Source of the DNA: Promethearchaeota archaeon
GTDB taxonomy: Archaea; Asgardarchaeota; Lokiarchaeia; Sigyniarchaeales; SOKP01
Assembly (NCBI GenBank): GCA_018238625.1
Contig: JABCSY010000002.1
Location: forward strand, 1-64,000
DNA length: 64,000 bases
Direction of reading: 5' to 3'
Made by a program: the position numbers and the translations under genes. The notes below the pieces were generated by a model. That model worked only from the letters and a program-made list of their open reading frames with translations, ran no database searches and had not been told where the DNA came from. Positions 28,118 through 38,611 of this stretch are shown piece after piece (position 1 is the first letter of the stretch; each line of letters opens with the position of its first letter).

Positions 28118-28276
28118 TTCTACTATATTGAAAAAAATTCTTGTCGGCCAAATGACACATGATTTTAAAATCGCTGTATAATTTTTAATTATTAGGAAAT
28201 TAATTATTTATATTTTGAAATTAATAAATTTAATAATTTTTTGAAAATTTTATAAAGATAAAAAGGCGTTGTAAAA

Positions 28277-29350
28277 ATGACTTATCACATACAAGATGAT
28301 ATTACTGAAATAATTAATCGTCTTAGAAAAGATAACATTACATTTCAAGATAAAACTATTTTAGTAACTGGAGGCGCAGGATTCCTAGGTTCCTGGGTAT
28401 GCGATGTTCTAGTAAAACAAGGGGCATATTGCATATGTTTAGATAATTTATCTTCGGGGAGATTTGATAACATCTCTCAATTAATGGAAAAAGAAAATTT
28501 CCGTTTTATTAATCACGATGTATCTAAACCTATTTATTTTGGATTGACCCATCATCCAAACGGAATTTGCGTGGGCAATATTAATAGAATTGATATTGTT
28601 ATGCATATGGCTAGCAGGGCGTCTCCATTTGAATTTAAAAGATTTCCAATTCCAATACTAAAAAGTAATACTCTTGGAACGATGAACGCTTTAGGTATTG
28701 CAAAAGCCCATAATGCGTTATTTTTCTATACAAGTACTTCGGAAGTGTATGGTAATCCTCCCGATGAAGCAATTCCGACACCTGAGACCTATTTTGGGCA
28801 CGTAAACCCCGTAGGTCCCAGAAGTTGTTACGATGAGTCTAAAAGGGCTGGAGAGGCTTTTGTCAAGGCGTATGAATTACAACACGGAATCAGAACGAAA
28901 GTAATAAGAATTTTTAACACTTCTGGACCAAGAATCAGATCTGGACCGGAGTTTGGAAGAGTTGTTCCAAATTTTATTCGTCAAGCGTTAAGCGACGAAG
29001 ACATTACGATTTTTGGCGATGGTTCTCAAACTCGTTCTTTCATTTATGTTGTAGATGAGATTGAAGGAATTTTAAAGGTAGTTTATAAAGACGAAGCAAT
29101 TGGAGAAGTTATTAATTTGGGTAACGATAAAGAATACACTATTTTACAATTAGCTAAAATAATAACAGAATTGACTAATTCTAATTCAGAAATTGTATTC
29201 AAACCTTTGCCTATTGACGATCCTGTCAGAAGATCTGCTGATTTAAGAAAGGCAAAAAGAATTCTAAATTGGCAACCTACAACTTCTTTTAAAGATGGGT
29301 TATTGAAAACAATAGCTTGGTTTAAAGATAATGTTCAAAATGAAAAATAA
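28277..29350 (+). CDS. UDP-glucuronate decarboxylase-like SDR (NAD-dependent epimerase/dehydratase)
   Basis: TGGAGFLG, STSEVYG, RSCYDESKR, GDGSQTRSF, DDPVRR. Confidence 0.9.
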   Translation: MTYHIQDDITEIINRLRKDNITFQDKTILVTGGAGFLGSWVCDVLVKQGAYCICLDNLSSGRFDNISQLMEKENFRFINHDVSKPIYFGLTHHPNGICVGNINRIDIVMHMASRASPFEFKRFPIPILKSNTLGTMNALGIAKAHNALFFYTSTSEVYGNPPDEAIPTPETYFGHVNPVGPRSCYDESKRAGEAFVKAYELQHGIRTKVIRIFNTSGPRIRSGPEFGRVVPNFIRQALSDEDITIFGDGSQTRSFIYVVDEIEGILKVVYKDEAIGEVINLGNDKEYTILQLAKIITELTNSNSEIVFKPLPIDDPVRRSADLRKAKRILNWQPTTSFKDGLLKTIAWFKDNVQNEK

Positions 29351-29855
29351 AGAAGCAAAAAAAAAAGTAACTAACAGTTACGAAGAATTTGATAAACTTC
29401 TAAAAATTCTCTTAATTATCGGTATAATTGTTGTGTCTGGCTTTATAATTTATGCCGTATTATCTCCTAAATCAGGTTATTGGTATCTTGGTATTTTGAA
29501 TTCTGACAAAAAAGCAGAAAACTACCCTACAAATGCTGCAGTTGATGAAAATATTACTTTTTATATTTCTGTTGGAAATTATTTAAATCGGGAATTTTCT
29601 TTCCATTTAGAAATTTTAAAGGGAAATAACGATACCGTACTAGGACCATTCCCCTCGATAAACGCAACCACATTTGTGAATTCGTCAACAATTACTCTAC
29701 AGCATAGAGAGGTTTGGATTTCAAGTGCATTTAATGTTTCCTTTTCACAGGCTGGAGCGAATCAAACTATAATTGCGGAATTATGGGAAGTCCCATCTGC
29801 AGGAATTAGAAGATTTTATGATGTGGTATATGTAAGATTAAATATTACTTCTTAA
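29340..29855 (+). CDS. DUF1616-like membrane-anchored protein
   Basis: One TM helix followed by ILN...KAENYPT, typical of archaeal DUF1616. Confidence 0.65.
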   Translation: MKNKEAKKKVTNSYEEFDKLLKILLIIGIIVVSGFIIYAVLSPKSGYWYLGILNSDKKAENYPTNAAVDENITFYISVGNYLNREFSFHLEILKGNNDTVLGPFPSINATTFVNSSTITLQHREVWISSAFNVSFSQAGANQTIIAELWEVPSAGIRRFYDVVYVRLNITS

Positions 29856-29910
29856 CAATCGTGAAAATGAAATAAATCTTAATTGTAGCAATGAATTAAA
29901 TCGTGATAAT

Positions 29911-31287
29911 TTAATTTTTAGATCCAATAATTTGTACGTCTTTGACCCTTACATACGGGGCTTTAAAAGGCCCATATATTTTATAATCTCTTGATACAGC
30001 ATCAATATTTTTAAACAAATCCACTAAGTTTATTCCAAACATAGTTTCGTTTAAAGCTTGTTTTACTTCTCCATTTTTAATTACATTACCTTGGGAAATT
30101 AATCCACTAAAGTCCCCTGTAGCAATATTTGCCGAATCTCCTGTAGAATTTAAGAATATACCCTCTTTAACATCTTGTATTATTTCTTCTATAGAAGAAG
30201 TTCCAGTTTGCATAACGAAGTTTGAAATACCTATGGAGGGGACAGAACTAAAGGACCTTCTAGAGGCGTTCCCTGTGCTTTCAACGCCTTCCTTCCCTGC
30301 TGTATAGCTGTTGTGTAATAAGCCCGATTTCAAAAAAATTCCTTTTTCTATAATTTTTTTATTCTTGCAAGGAACGCCCTCTCCATCGAAATTACTAGAT
30401 CCTACAGCACCATCTATCAATGCGTTATCTTCAAGAGTTAAATATTCAGAACCAATAACTTTTTCTCTCTTATCAACCAGAAAACTTCGTTTATATTGAA
30501 ATAATTCTGCGTTTATGGCGGAAGCAATTGGGTTTAAAATAAGATTTATAGTCCCTTTAGGAGATAAAATTACGGGCATCTTTTTAGTCTTAATTTTAAT
30601 TCTATTAAGATTTCTTTTCGCGTTTTTTAAAGCTTCAATCGCGGTATTTGTTCCGTTAATATCCTTTAGTTTTCTTTTCATTTGGGATTCGTACCCATTT
30701 GAAGTCTCTCCAGTACTTTTATTTTTTACAATAATGTTTGATGAAATTGAAAATACAGTTTCTTTTTCAAACACTTCGATATCGTTTGAATTGAATACAT
30801 AGGAAGTATTGCAATTAGATGTGAAATCACCAGATTGAGAAATCGCTAAGTCATCGTCTTTACATACTTTAATCAATTCTTTAACATATTCAATTGAGTC
30901 TTCGATGGTTAATGTTTTTATACGGGTATCGTATAATTGTCTAATATTGGGATAAGATTTGTATTTTAATGGTAAATTTTGAAAGTTAGGATCGGCAGTG
31001 CCTACATTCATCATCTTTATGGCGTTTTTAATAATTTTTTCGATAATTCTTTTATTTAATTTATTTGTGAACGCAAACCCTAAAGAACCTCTTTTATCGT
31101 AGATTCTAATCGAAACTCCATGGTCACTTCCTATTTCACTGAATTTTATTGAATTTTCTTCTAGTTCGATGTTGGTATATTCGTTCTTGCCAACGAATAT
31201 TTCTGCGCATTTAAAATTTGGAGCTTTTTTTTCGGCGATTTTTATCCCATAATTGGCAAGCTCAAAAATATCAATCGTATTATCCAT
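29911..31287 (-). CDS. pmbA: PmbA/TldE-family protein
   Basis: FDGEGVP, STGNASR, TGDFS; paired with tldD. Confidence 0.9.
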   Translation of the reverse strand: MDNTIDIFELANYGIKIAEKKAPNFKCAEIFVGKNEYTNIELEENSIKFSEIGSDHGVSIRIYDKRGSLGFAFTNKLNKRIIEKIIKNAIKMMNVGTADPNFQNLPLKYKSYPNIRQLYDTRIKTLTIEDSIEYVKELIKVCKDDDLAISQSGDFTSNCNTSYVFNSNDIEVFEKETVFSISSNIIVKNKSTGETSNGYESQMKRKLKDINGTNTAIEALKNAKRNLNRIKIKTKKMPVILSPKGTINLILNPIASAINAELFQYKRSFLVDKREKVIGSEYLTLEDNALIDGAVGSSNFDGEGVPCKNKKIIEKGIFLKSGLLHNSYTAGKEGVESTGNASRRSFSSVPSIGISNFVMQTGTSSIEEIIQDVKEGIFLNSTGDSANIATGDFSGLISQGNVIKNGEVKQALNETMFGINLVDLFKNIDAVSRDYKIYGPFKAPYVRVKDVQIIGSKN

Positions 31288-32739
31288 TTAATTCAATCCC
31301 CCTACGGTTATATTGTCGATTCTAATGTACGGCCCTCCATCACTTACACGAACGCTTTGACCGCCCTTGCCACATATTCCAGATGAAAAACCGAATGTGT
31401 TTTTGTCACCAATAGCGGAAATTTTTTTTAAAACTTCTAAAATCATACCTGATAACGCAACATCTCTCATCAATTCTTGTTTTTCTCCATTTTTAATTTT
31501 ATAGGAAAATTTACATTTAAATTGGAAGTTTCCTGTGGTCGGATTCGTATAACCATACAAAAAGTCTTCACAAAGAATTCCGTTTTTCGTGTCTTGAATC
31601 ATTTCATCGGCATTCCAGTCTTTTGGTTCGATGTAAGTAAATCCCATTCGAACTTGAGGCTTAGAAGAGCTAGATGAAGCTCTTCCATGGCCATTTGGAG
31701 GTACATTCATTCTAGAGGAGGTTTCTAAGTTATGTAAATAATTCTTGAACACTCCATTTTCAATTAGCACTGTTTTTTGGGAAGGTGTCCCTTCATCGTC
31801 TACAAAAAAACTCCCAAATAACTCATATGGTAATCCAAAATTGGACCCTTGCCCCATTGAAGGATTATCCACTACATTAACATCGTCAGAAGCCACTTCT
31901 TGACCAATTTTTCCTTCCAATATGCTTTCCTTGCTCAAAACCAAATCTGCTTCACACGCATGTCCAAGTGCTTCGTGAATTAAGGTTCCGGCAAGTTTAG
32001 GATCGGCTATAATCGTAAAATTTCCTCCAACCGGAGATTTTGCTTCTAATAATTTAATGGATTCTTCTGCTGTTTTAACGCTTAAATTTTCTGCTTTCTT
32101 TGTAGATAATATTTCGAATCCCCCCAAACCGCCGACAGAATTAATTGATCTTTGGATTACACCCCCCTGTTGGGAATAAACTATGTTCAACAAGCGTAAA
32201 TATGAAAGATCCTGATAAATATTACTACCAAACGAGTTTATTAAAACATAGCTTTTAACGCCATCCATGTAAATCGTATGCGTATTTTTTACCTTTTTAG
32301 AATAAGTAGATGCAAGCTTTTCGTGATGTTTTACGAGAAGAATCTTTTCTTCAATATCTACATCTGCAAGCTTTCTCTTACTCTTAATTTTAAAGTTTTT
32401 TTTAATAGGATCAACTTCTTTGATTTTGAACTTGTGTTTTGATAAAGACTCTGTTAATTTAGCTAGCTTAATCGATTTCAAAAAGCTTGTTTTAATTAAA
32501 TCTTTGTTAAGATCTTTCAAGACATAAAATCCCCAACCTCCATTTACAAAAGTTCTTATTCCACAATTTGTAATTTCATAGGAAGAGATTTCTGTGCTTT
32601 TTTGATCCGTAAAATCTATAGTTGTTCCATTGCTTATCGTTGCCCTTATATCCCAATAATCTATCTGGTTTCCCGCTTCTTGAGTTAAGTGTTTTATAAA
32701 ATCGGTATCAAATAGCTTTAATTCGTCTTTAATCCCCAT
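31288..32739 (-). CDS. tldD: TldD metalloprotease
   Basis: HEALGHACEAD, DDEG, CGKGGQ...GGP; ATG 32739 lies 9 nt after GTGA. Confidence 0.93.
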   Translation of the reverse strand: MGIKDELKLFDTDFIKHLTQEAGNQIDYWDIRATISNGTTIDFTDQKSTEISSYEITNCGIRTFVNGGWGFYVLKDLNKDLIKTSFLKSIKLAKLTESLSKHKFKIKEVDPIKKNFKIKSKRKLADVDIEEKILLVKHHEKLASTYSKKVKNTHTIYMDGVKSYVLINSFGSNIYQDLSYLRLLNIVYSQQGGVIQRSINSVGGLGGFEILSTKKAENLSVKTAEESIKLLEAKSPVGGNFTIIADPKLAGTLIHEALGHACEADLVLSKESILEGKIGQEVASDDVNVVDNPSMGQGSNFGLPYELFGSFFVDDEGTPSQKTVLIENGVFKNYLHNLETSSRMNVPPNGHGRASSSSSKPQVRMGFTYIEPKDWNADEMIQDTKNGILCEDFLYGYTNPTTGNFQFKCKFSYKIKNGEKQELMRDVALSGMILEVLKKISAIGDKNTFGFSSGICGKGGQSVRVSDGGPYIRIDNITVGGLN

Positions 32740-32856
32740 AGTATTCACTCAATCACCGTATATGAATTATTAATTAAAATTTAATAGTATTATATTTAGA
32801 ACTTTAAAAAGATTGAAGAGGAGAGGTTTAAATAATTTTATTTTTTAAAATAATTT

Positions 32857-33099
32857 TTATTTAATATCATCTTTTGGGTTAAGATAATAAAAAAGCGATT
32901 CTTTTTCTCCACTCATCTTTAGTTTCTTGATAGTTTTAATCGCTTCTTGGAGCGTTACCATCTTTGAAATTTTAACAGAATTTTTAAACTGAAACGATCG
33001 ATTACATTTCCAACATTTTTTTGATTTTAATATCTTTTTGCTATAAAACCATTCGCCACAGTGATAGCATCTAAAGAAGTAGAACTTTTGAATGTGCAT
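32857..33099 (-). CDS. Small zinc-ribbon protein (DUF1922-like)
   Basis: RCYHCG...KKCWKCN. Confidence 0.7.
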   Translation of the reverse strand: MHIQKFYFFRCYHCGEWFYSKKILKSKKCWKCNRSFQFKNSVKISKMVTLQEAIKTIKKLKMSGEKESLFYYLNPKDDIK

Positions 33100-33288
33100 C
33101 TTAAGGTGATAATAAAAAAATTAATTTAAATTTCCAGTAAGGCTACTAGTTTTCTAACATACAAAGTAGTATATTTTGACATTGATAAAAAAAGGGTAAA
33201 ATTAAATTTCCAATAGAAACTATTAATTCTATATAATTATATATATCGTATATATCAAAAATTTAAGATTTCTCAAGGTTAATTCAGA

Positions 33289-33951
33289 ATGAAGGAGATA
33301 AATGAGAAGGAGTTAAAAAAACTAAATATTGATGAATTAACGCACTTATTTGTCGATAACATAAACGAACAAAATTTGAAATTAATTGAAGGCATTGAAT
33401 TTCTTGTCGAGGAAGATTTTAACAATTTCAAAAAAAACCTAAATTATGTCATTGAGACTAATACTGAAGTTCAAATCAAAAAAGCTTTTGAAGCTAAGAT
33501 ATTTAAATCTAAGCTAATGTTTTCAAAGGCAGATAGGCTAAAACTATTTAATAAAATTAACGATATCAAAAATATTGGAGAATTTTCTGCTAACAAAATG
33601 CTCCTTTATAGAGTTGTATTTCCTGATGAAGAGTTTAAACTCCAAGTACAGAAAATACTTAAATCATTAAAATTGATTTCAAATCAATTGACAGACGCAA
33701 TCAAATTTATTGGTTCTGATTTAACTAAAGCTCACGATGTCTGCGAAAATATCAAAGACGAAAGACGGAGGATGAGAAAAGAAGAGTGGCAACTTCTTAA
33801 CCGTTTGTATAATTATGATATGGATTACTTATCAAGGACTTTCCTTTACTTGAAAGAATTAATAGAAGGCGTAATGAAGTTGGCTGACCACATCAAGAGT
33901 TTTTCAGAGTACATTCAATTTTTAGCAATAAAATATTTAATTTTCGATTAA
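33289..33951 (+). CDS. DUF47/PhoU-like phosphate-transport regulator
   Basis: Helical repeats, KLADHI; adjacent to PiT. Confidence 0.7.
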   Translation: MKEINEKELKKLNIDELTHLFVDNINEQNLKLIEGIEFLVEEDFNNFKKNLNYVIETNTEVQIKKAFEAKIFKSKLMFSKADRLKLFNKINDIKNIGEFSANKMLLYRVVFPDEEFKLQVQKILKSLKLISNQLTDAIKFIGSDLTKAHDVCENIKDERRRMRKEEWQLLNRLYNYDMDYLSRTFLYLKELIEGVMKLADHIKSFSEYIQFLAIKYLIFD

Positions 33952-33972
33952 AATATAAAACTAGGATTTGAT

Positions 33973-35004
33973 ATGGCCGGCGACCTGACTTCAATTTTAG
34001 TTATCGTTTTAATTATTTTGGCGATCTCCCTCGCATTCGCTATAGGCGCTAATGACGAAACTTTATCTTCGTTAGTAGGAGCGGGAGTTCTAAAGTTTAA
34101 GGTTGCGTTATTAATTGGGGGAATTGCCGTCGGAGCTGGGATGTTCTCCTTTAGTTTTTCGTTTGTAGCAAAAACGGTAGGTTCTGACTTATTAGGAGAG
34201 GGTTTAACCTATACTACTTTTATGTTGTTAACTGTTTTAATAAGTAGTATAATTTGGCTAGTAATTGGGAGTTTCGCGGGAATTCCTTTAAGCAGCACTC
34301 ACTCGCTAATAGGAAGCATAGTTGGAGTTGTAATCGTGTATTCTTTTTTACAAGGAGGAGTAAATCCTGAAACGGCGTTTAATTGGGTTAAATTAGGTAA
34401 TGTCGTTCTTGGTTGGTTTATATCGCCTGTGTTTGGCTTAATTATTACATATATGCTTTTTAAAATAATTGCTAAAACTTACTTATCTAAATTGAAAGGT
34501 TTGAATCAGATCGAGAAATCTGAAAAGAATTTCAAGTGGTTATTGTTAATTACAGTTATCTTTGCCGAGATATGGGTGGGGGCAAATTCGGGCGAAGCTT
34601 TAGGTATCCTTTACGGGTTATTGGATAATGGCTCGTTGAATATGGGGCAGTATTTATTCTACGCATTTATATGCGGGATCGCTTCTTGTATTGGAATATA
34701 TTTTGCCGCACGATACGTAATTAGAAACTTAGCGTCGCAAATGATTGATTCTCGACCGAGCGAAGGTTTAATTATTCAATTAAGTACTGCCTTAATTTTG
34801 ATGGTTGCTACATTATTAAGTTTACCAATATCTCATAGTCACGTCATCGTATTTTGCATAATTGGTATGGGTTTAGCTCAAAAAAAAGAAGTAGATTATA
34901 AAGGATTAGGAAAAATGGGGATATATTGGGTTATTACCTTCCCAATAGCAGCGCTGCTTGCCGGATTTCTTTATTTTGGATTTAATTTTTTTGGATTAAA
35001 ATGA
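33973..35004 (+). CDS. pit: PiT-family inorganic phosphate transporter
   Basis: GAND, PLSSTHS, GANS, PISHSH; multiple TM helices. Confidence 0.9.
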   Translation: MAGDLTSILVIVLIILAISLAFAIGANDETLSSLVGAGVLKFKVALLIGGIAVGAGMFSFSFSFVAKTVGSDLLGEGLTYTTFMLLTVLISSIIWLVIGSFAGIPLSSTHSLIGSIVGVVIVYSFLQGGVNPETAFNWVKLGNVVLGWFISPVFGLIITYMLFKIIAKTYLSKLKGLNQIEKSEKNFKWLLLITVIFAEIWVGANSGEALGILYGLLDNGSLNMGQYLFYAFICGIASCIGIYFAARYVIRNLASQMIDSRPSEGLIIQLSTALILMVATLLSLPISHSHVIVFCIIGMGLAQKKEVDYKGLGKMGIYWVITFPIAALLAGFLYFGFNFFGLK

Positions 35005-35076
35005 CGCTCTAAAAAAATATATATATATAAATATTATATATGCATTACAAAAAAAAGTAAAAAAAATGTGATAAAA

Positions 35077-35760
35077 ATGGGTTCATTAATAGAATTTTTA
35101 AAAAGAGAAACGGCTTTAAATGTTTTAGAAAAAACGATTAAACACGCGCAAATCGTTCAAGAATGCGTGAAAGAATTAGAAGTGGGGTTAAATTTATTAT
35201 TAAAAGAGAAAAATATCGAAAAAGCTAATAAAAATTTTCATAAAGTTGATCTTCTAGAAGACGATGCGGATAAATTAAGAAGGAAAATCCAAAGAGAAGT
35301 CTCTAAAGGTGAGTTAAACCCTAGCATAAGATTAAACTTATCACATTTAGTAAAAAGATTGGATGATGTAGCAAATTGTAGCACTGGCGTTGCTCGAAGA
35401 ATTGTTACGATACCAATAAGTTTTTGGGAACAAAGTAGCGAAGAGACCCTTAGCATTGTCTTGAAAATAATTAAAACAACCGTAGAAGCAGTTGAATATT
35501 TAGATAAGATCGTGATTGATTTAGTGGAAAAAAGGAAAAATGTGAAAGAGTACGCTAAACTAATAAATCAATACGAACACGAAGTAGACCTATTAAATAT
35601 TAAATTAAGAAAAAGCCTTCAAGAAACAGACTACAACGTAAATTTCTTTACAATTTTTACTGTCGGAAACATATTCGACATATTAGAAGCTATATCCGAT
35701 TCTATTGAAGGCGTTGCCGATTATATTATGGTTCTTCTTACAAGTTCGAGCAGTCTTTAA
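35077..35760 (+). CDS. DUF47 (TIGR00153-like) protein
   Basis: LEDDADKLRR, LDDVAN, EHEVD, ISDSIEGVAD. Confidence 0.85.
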   Translation: MGSLIEFLKRETALNVLEKTIKHAQIVQECVKELEVGLNLLLKEKNIEKANKNFHKVDLLEDDADKLRRKIQREVSKGELNPSIRLNLSHLVKRLDDVANCSTGVARRIVTIPISFWEQSSEETLSIVLKIIKTTVEAVEYLDKIVIDLVEKRKNVKEYAKLINQYEHEVDLLNIKLRKSLQETDYNVNFFTIFTVGNIFDILEAISDSIEGVADYIMVLLTSSSSL

Positions 35761-35889
35761 GTCGTATTAAATTGCATAAGAACGAAATCAACATCAATTT
35801 GTAAAAATTAGATTATAAAATTAAAAAATCAATTGCTAATCCTTTTAAAAAATAAAGAAAAATAATGAAAAATTCTTTCTAAATACTAC

Positions 35890-36783
35890 TTAATTTTGTG
35901 TATCAAAATTAAAACTGATATTTTTAAGGAGTTCTTTATACCTTGAGCGTAATGTGACTTCCGTAACGGAAATTACGCGCGAAATATCTTTCTGACTCAC
36001 TTTAACGTTTCTCAACTTCGCGACAAGATATATGGCGCCCGCACACAATCCTTTAGGATCCTTGCCAGATATCGACGTAGTTTTAATAAAATTTTGAAGT
36101 ACGCGCATCGCCTCTTTTTCAACCTCGATCCCTAAATTCAAATCTGCGCAATAACGTGGAATGAGCGTTACCGGGTCAATATGCGATATTTTTAAATTTA
36201 ACTCCCGAACCAATATTTTATAGCACTTTTTTACTATGTTATCGTTAATTGAAGCTTCTGCTAAAATCTCTTGAAGAGTAATTGGTACTTTTTCGTCTTT
36301 ACACGCGTAATAAGCGCACGCTGCAACCATACCATTAATTGACCTGCCTCTTAATAGTTGTCTCTTAAAAACTTCTTTATACAATCGTACTGCGGATTTT
36401 TTTACTCTTTCAGGAAAATTTAAGTTGCCACCAATTCTTTTTAATTCGGTTATAGCCATTAACATGTTGCGTTTCTCCCAAGATAAGTGCGTATTCCATT
36501 TAGCAGCCCGCCTTAAATCTGGGTTTTTGATTTTAGTCCTATCAATAACAGTACTTAAGCCAATATCGGGCATTAAGATCGACATAGGAGATCCTGTACG
36601 TTCCTTTCTATCTTTTTCGTGTTTAGAATAGGCTCTAATTCCGCTATGGTTAATGTCTAAATTTCTCTCACCTACAACTAAACCACATTGTTGGCAGACG
36701 GTTTCCCCTCTTTCTAAAACATTGATTGTACTTCCCCCGCATTCGGGGCATAAATTTGCTAACACATCTATTTCTACGACCAT
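35890..36783 (-). CDS. tfb: Transcription initiation factor B
   Basis: CPECG..CQQCG zinc ribbon, RGRSI, GKDPKG, VTEVTLRSRYKEL. Confidence 0.95.
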   Translation of the reverse strand: MVVEIDVLANLCPECGGSTINVLERGETVCQQCGLVVGERNLDINHSGIRAYSKHEKDRKERTGSPMSILMPDIGLSTVIDRTKIKNPDLRRAAKWNTHLSWEKRNMLMAITELKRIGGNLNFPERVKKSAVRLYKEVFKRQLLRGRSINGMVAACAYYACKDEKVPITLQEILAEASINDNIVKKCYKILVRELNLKISHIDPVTLIPRYCADLNLGIEVEKEAMRVLQNFIKTTSISGKDPKGLCAGAIYLVAKLRNVKVSQKDISRVISVTEVTLRSRYKELLKNISFNFDTQN

Positions 36784-37321
36784 TTTAATATACCTCTTTT
36801 CAAACCATGTAAAATTTATCTTTTTTTAAATTTTTTTTTCGTTCTCCTAATTTTCATAGGAATTAATTGATAACAAAAATTATTTTTTGTACACATAATA
36901 TTTTGATTGTTATCACAAATTATACTTCTTACATATTTAAACATTACGATTTTAATTCAAAAATTTACTAATAACAGCAACAAATTTTTTTTTTATAACG
37001 AATTCAATTTTTTTCTGTGAAAAAAACGAATTTGAATATAAATATTTTTAATGGGATTAAAAATCTATATAATATCGATATATACCATAAATTAAGATTC
37101 TTTTTTGTTGGGATTTGATTTTTTGATTTTCTTACCAAGGAATTATTTTGGAATGTAGAAATCTGTTAACATTTCATTTTTTTCGTAAGTTAACGCGACT
37201 TAAATTACTCAAAAAAAAATAGTTGCTTAAGTGTGAGCAAAAAATTTCTATTTAGATAATATTAAATAATACTTCTTTCACTAATTTTTTGGTACAAATC
37301 GTGTTTTAAGGTGAAATATTA

Positions 37322-38365
37322 ATCACGGAAAAACGTAGAAGCTCGAACAAATCGGAAGATGGGTCAAAAAAAGGAGACCACAATTCAAAAACTGAGAAAG
37401 AGCAACCTGAAATTAATAAGGGGGGCAAAACTGAAAAAAACGGCGATAGTCCTCGAATGACTAAAAAAGAAATTGAAAACCTTGATTTGAACGATGAAAA
37501 AATTAAGCGTCTCATGGAAAAATACAAGAGAGAAACGGGTAAATACGTGATTTGGCGGGGGACTGTAACAGAGGGCTTTAAAAAATGGTTAAAAGGCGAG
37601 AAAATATATACACGAGATAAAGAAAGAATATCTTTATATGTAGCTGACGACACTAAGGATGAGTGGCAAGAATTCATTAACATAAACAAAGATGATTTTC
37701 CTACTTTTTCTGAACTAATAAGGCAGAGCGTCAAGTCGTTTATTGAAGACTCTAGTAAAGTTTCGAGCGAATTATCAAAACTTAACCCAAAAACAATATC
37801 CAACATATCTCACGCGTTAAAAGAACCGCTAACTTCTATTAAAGGGTACTCTCAATTATTGCTTGAGAGCGAAGATTATAAAGGTAAATTGAGCAATCAT
37901 GTAAAAGAAACTGTGAAAAATATCTTTGATCAAAGCAATTTGTTAGAAAATATTATAAAGAATTTCTTAGACAACATCAAACCCGATAGTTCTCCATACG
38001 ATATTTTATTAATTGAAGACGATTTAGCGACAATTCGATTGATCACCAGTTATTTTGATAGTAAAAAATACAAGTGTAAGGGTGTAGTTAGCGGAGCGAA
38101 AGGGTTAGAAGAACTACGAAGAACCACCCCTAAAGTCATTTTATTAGACATAATCTTACCAGACTTAAGTGGGTACGATATTTGTAAAACCATAAAAACT
38201 GATAACTCTTTTAAAAAAATTCCTGTGTACTTTCTTACGGCCATTTCGGCGTCTGAGGTAAAAAAACATGTTGAAGAAACAAAAGTAGATGGGTTTATTC
38301 TTAAACCTTTTAACTTTTCTGATTTTGACGTTATTTTTAAAATATTAAATGGAAGAGCAAAATAA
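37322..38365 (+). CDS. RHH-like + HisKA(DHp) + receiver regulator, paralog 1
   Basis: ISLYV...FSELIRQSV (ribbon-helix-helix), SHALKEPLTSIKG, REC with EDD/D/T/KP. Frame open from ATC 37322 after AGGTGA (track ATG 37457). Confidence 0.85.
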   Translation: MTEKRRSSNKSEDGSKKGDHNSKTEKEQPEINKGGKTEKNGDSPRMTKKEIENLDLNDEKIKRLMEKYKRETGKYVIWRGTVTEGFKKWLKGEKIYTRDKERISLYVADDTKDEWQEFININKDDFPTFSELIRQSVKSFIEDSSKVSSELSKLNPKTISNISHALKEPLTSIKGYSQLLLESEDYKGKLSNHVKETVKNIFDQSNLLENIIKNFLDNIKPDSSPYDILLIEDDLATIRLITSYFDSKKYKCKGVVSGAKGLEELRRTTPKVILLDIILPDLSGYDICKTIKTDNSFKKIPVYFLTAISASEVKKHVEETKVDGFILKPFNFSDFDVIFKILNGRAK

Positions 38366-38611
38366 TTAGAGTCAAATTCTCCTGTAAAAATCCTTAATTA
38401 TATGAGAAATTATTGCTTACATTTAGAGATAAAATATTATAGATTACTTACATATTAAAAAAAAAAAAACAATGTTTATTTTTTGTAAAAAATTACTTTT
38501 ATGTAATATTTGATAACAAAGTTAGAATTTTTTATAATTAGTAAATATTTACGGTAAATTTTGAACGGTAAAAAGCAATTAAATCACATAGTAAAAAAAA
38601 GGGTGTTAAAA

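Noticed and set aside
28531-28590. In-frame extra segment (FGLTHHPNGICVGN) with a TTTGGAT/ATCCAAA hairpin in the UDP-GlcA decarboxylase as a second mRNA intron
   Set aside because: It has no stop codon and I could not build a 3-4-3 BHB geometry; more likely a protein loop.
37306-37806. 166-aa minus-strand ORF and the other short antisense/overlapping ORFs in the track (e.g. 11912-12265, 12921-13301, 45519-45866)
   Set aside because: Shadow frames of well-supported genes on the opposite strand, with no motifs.
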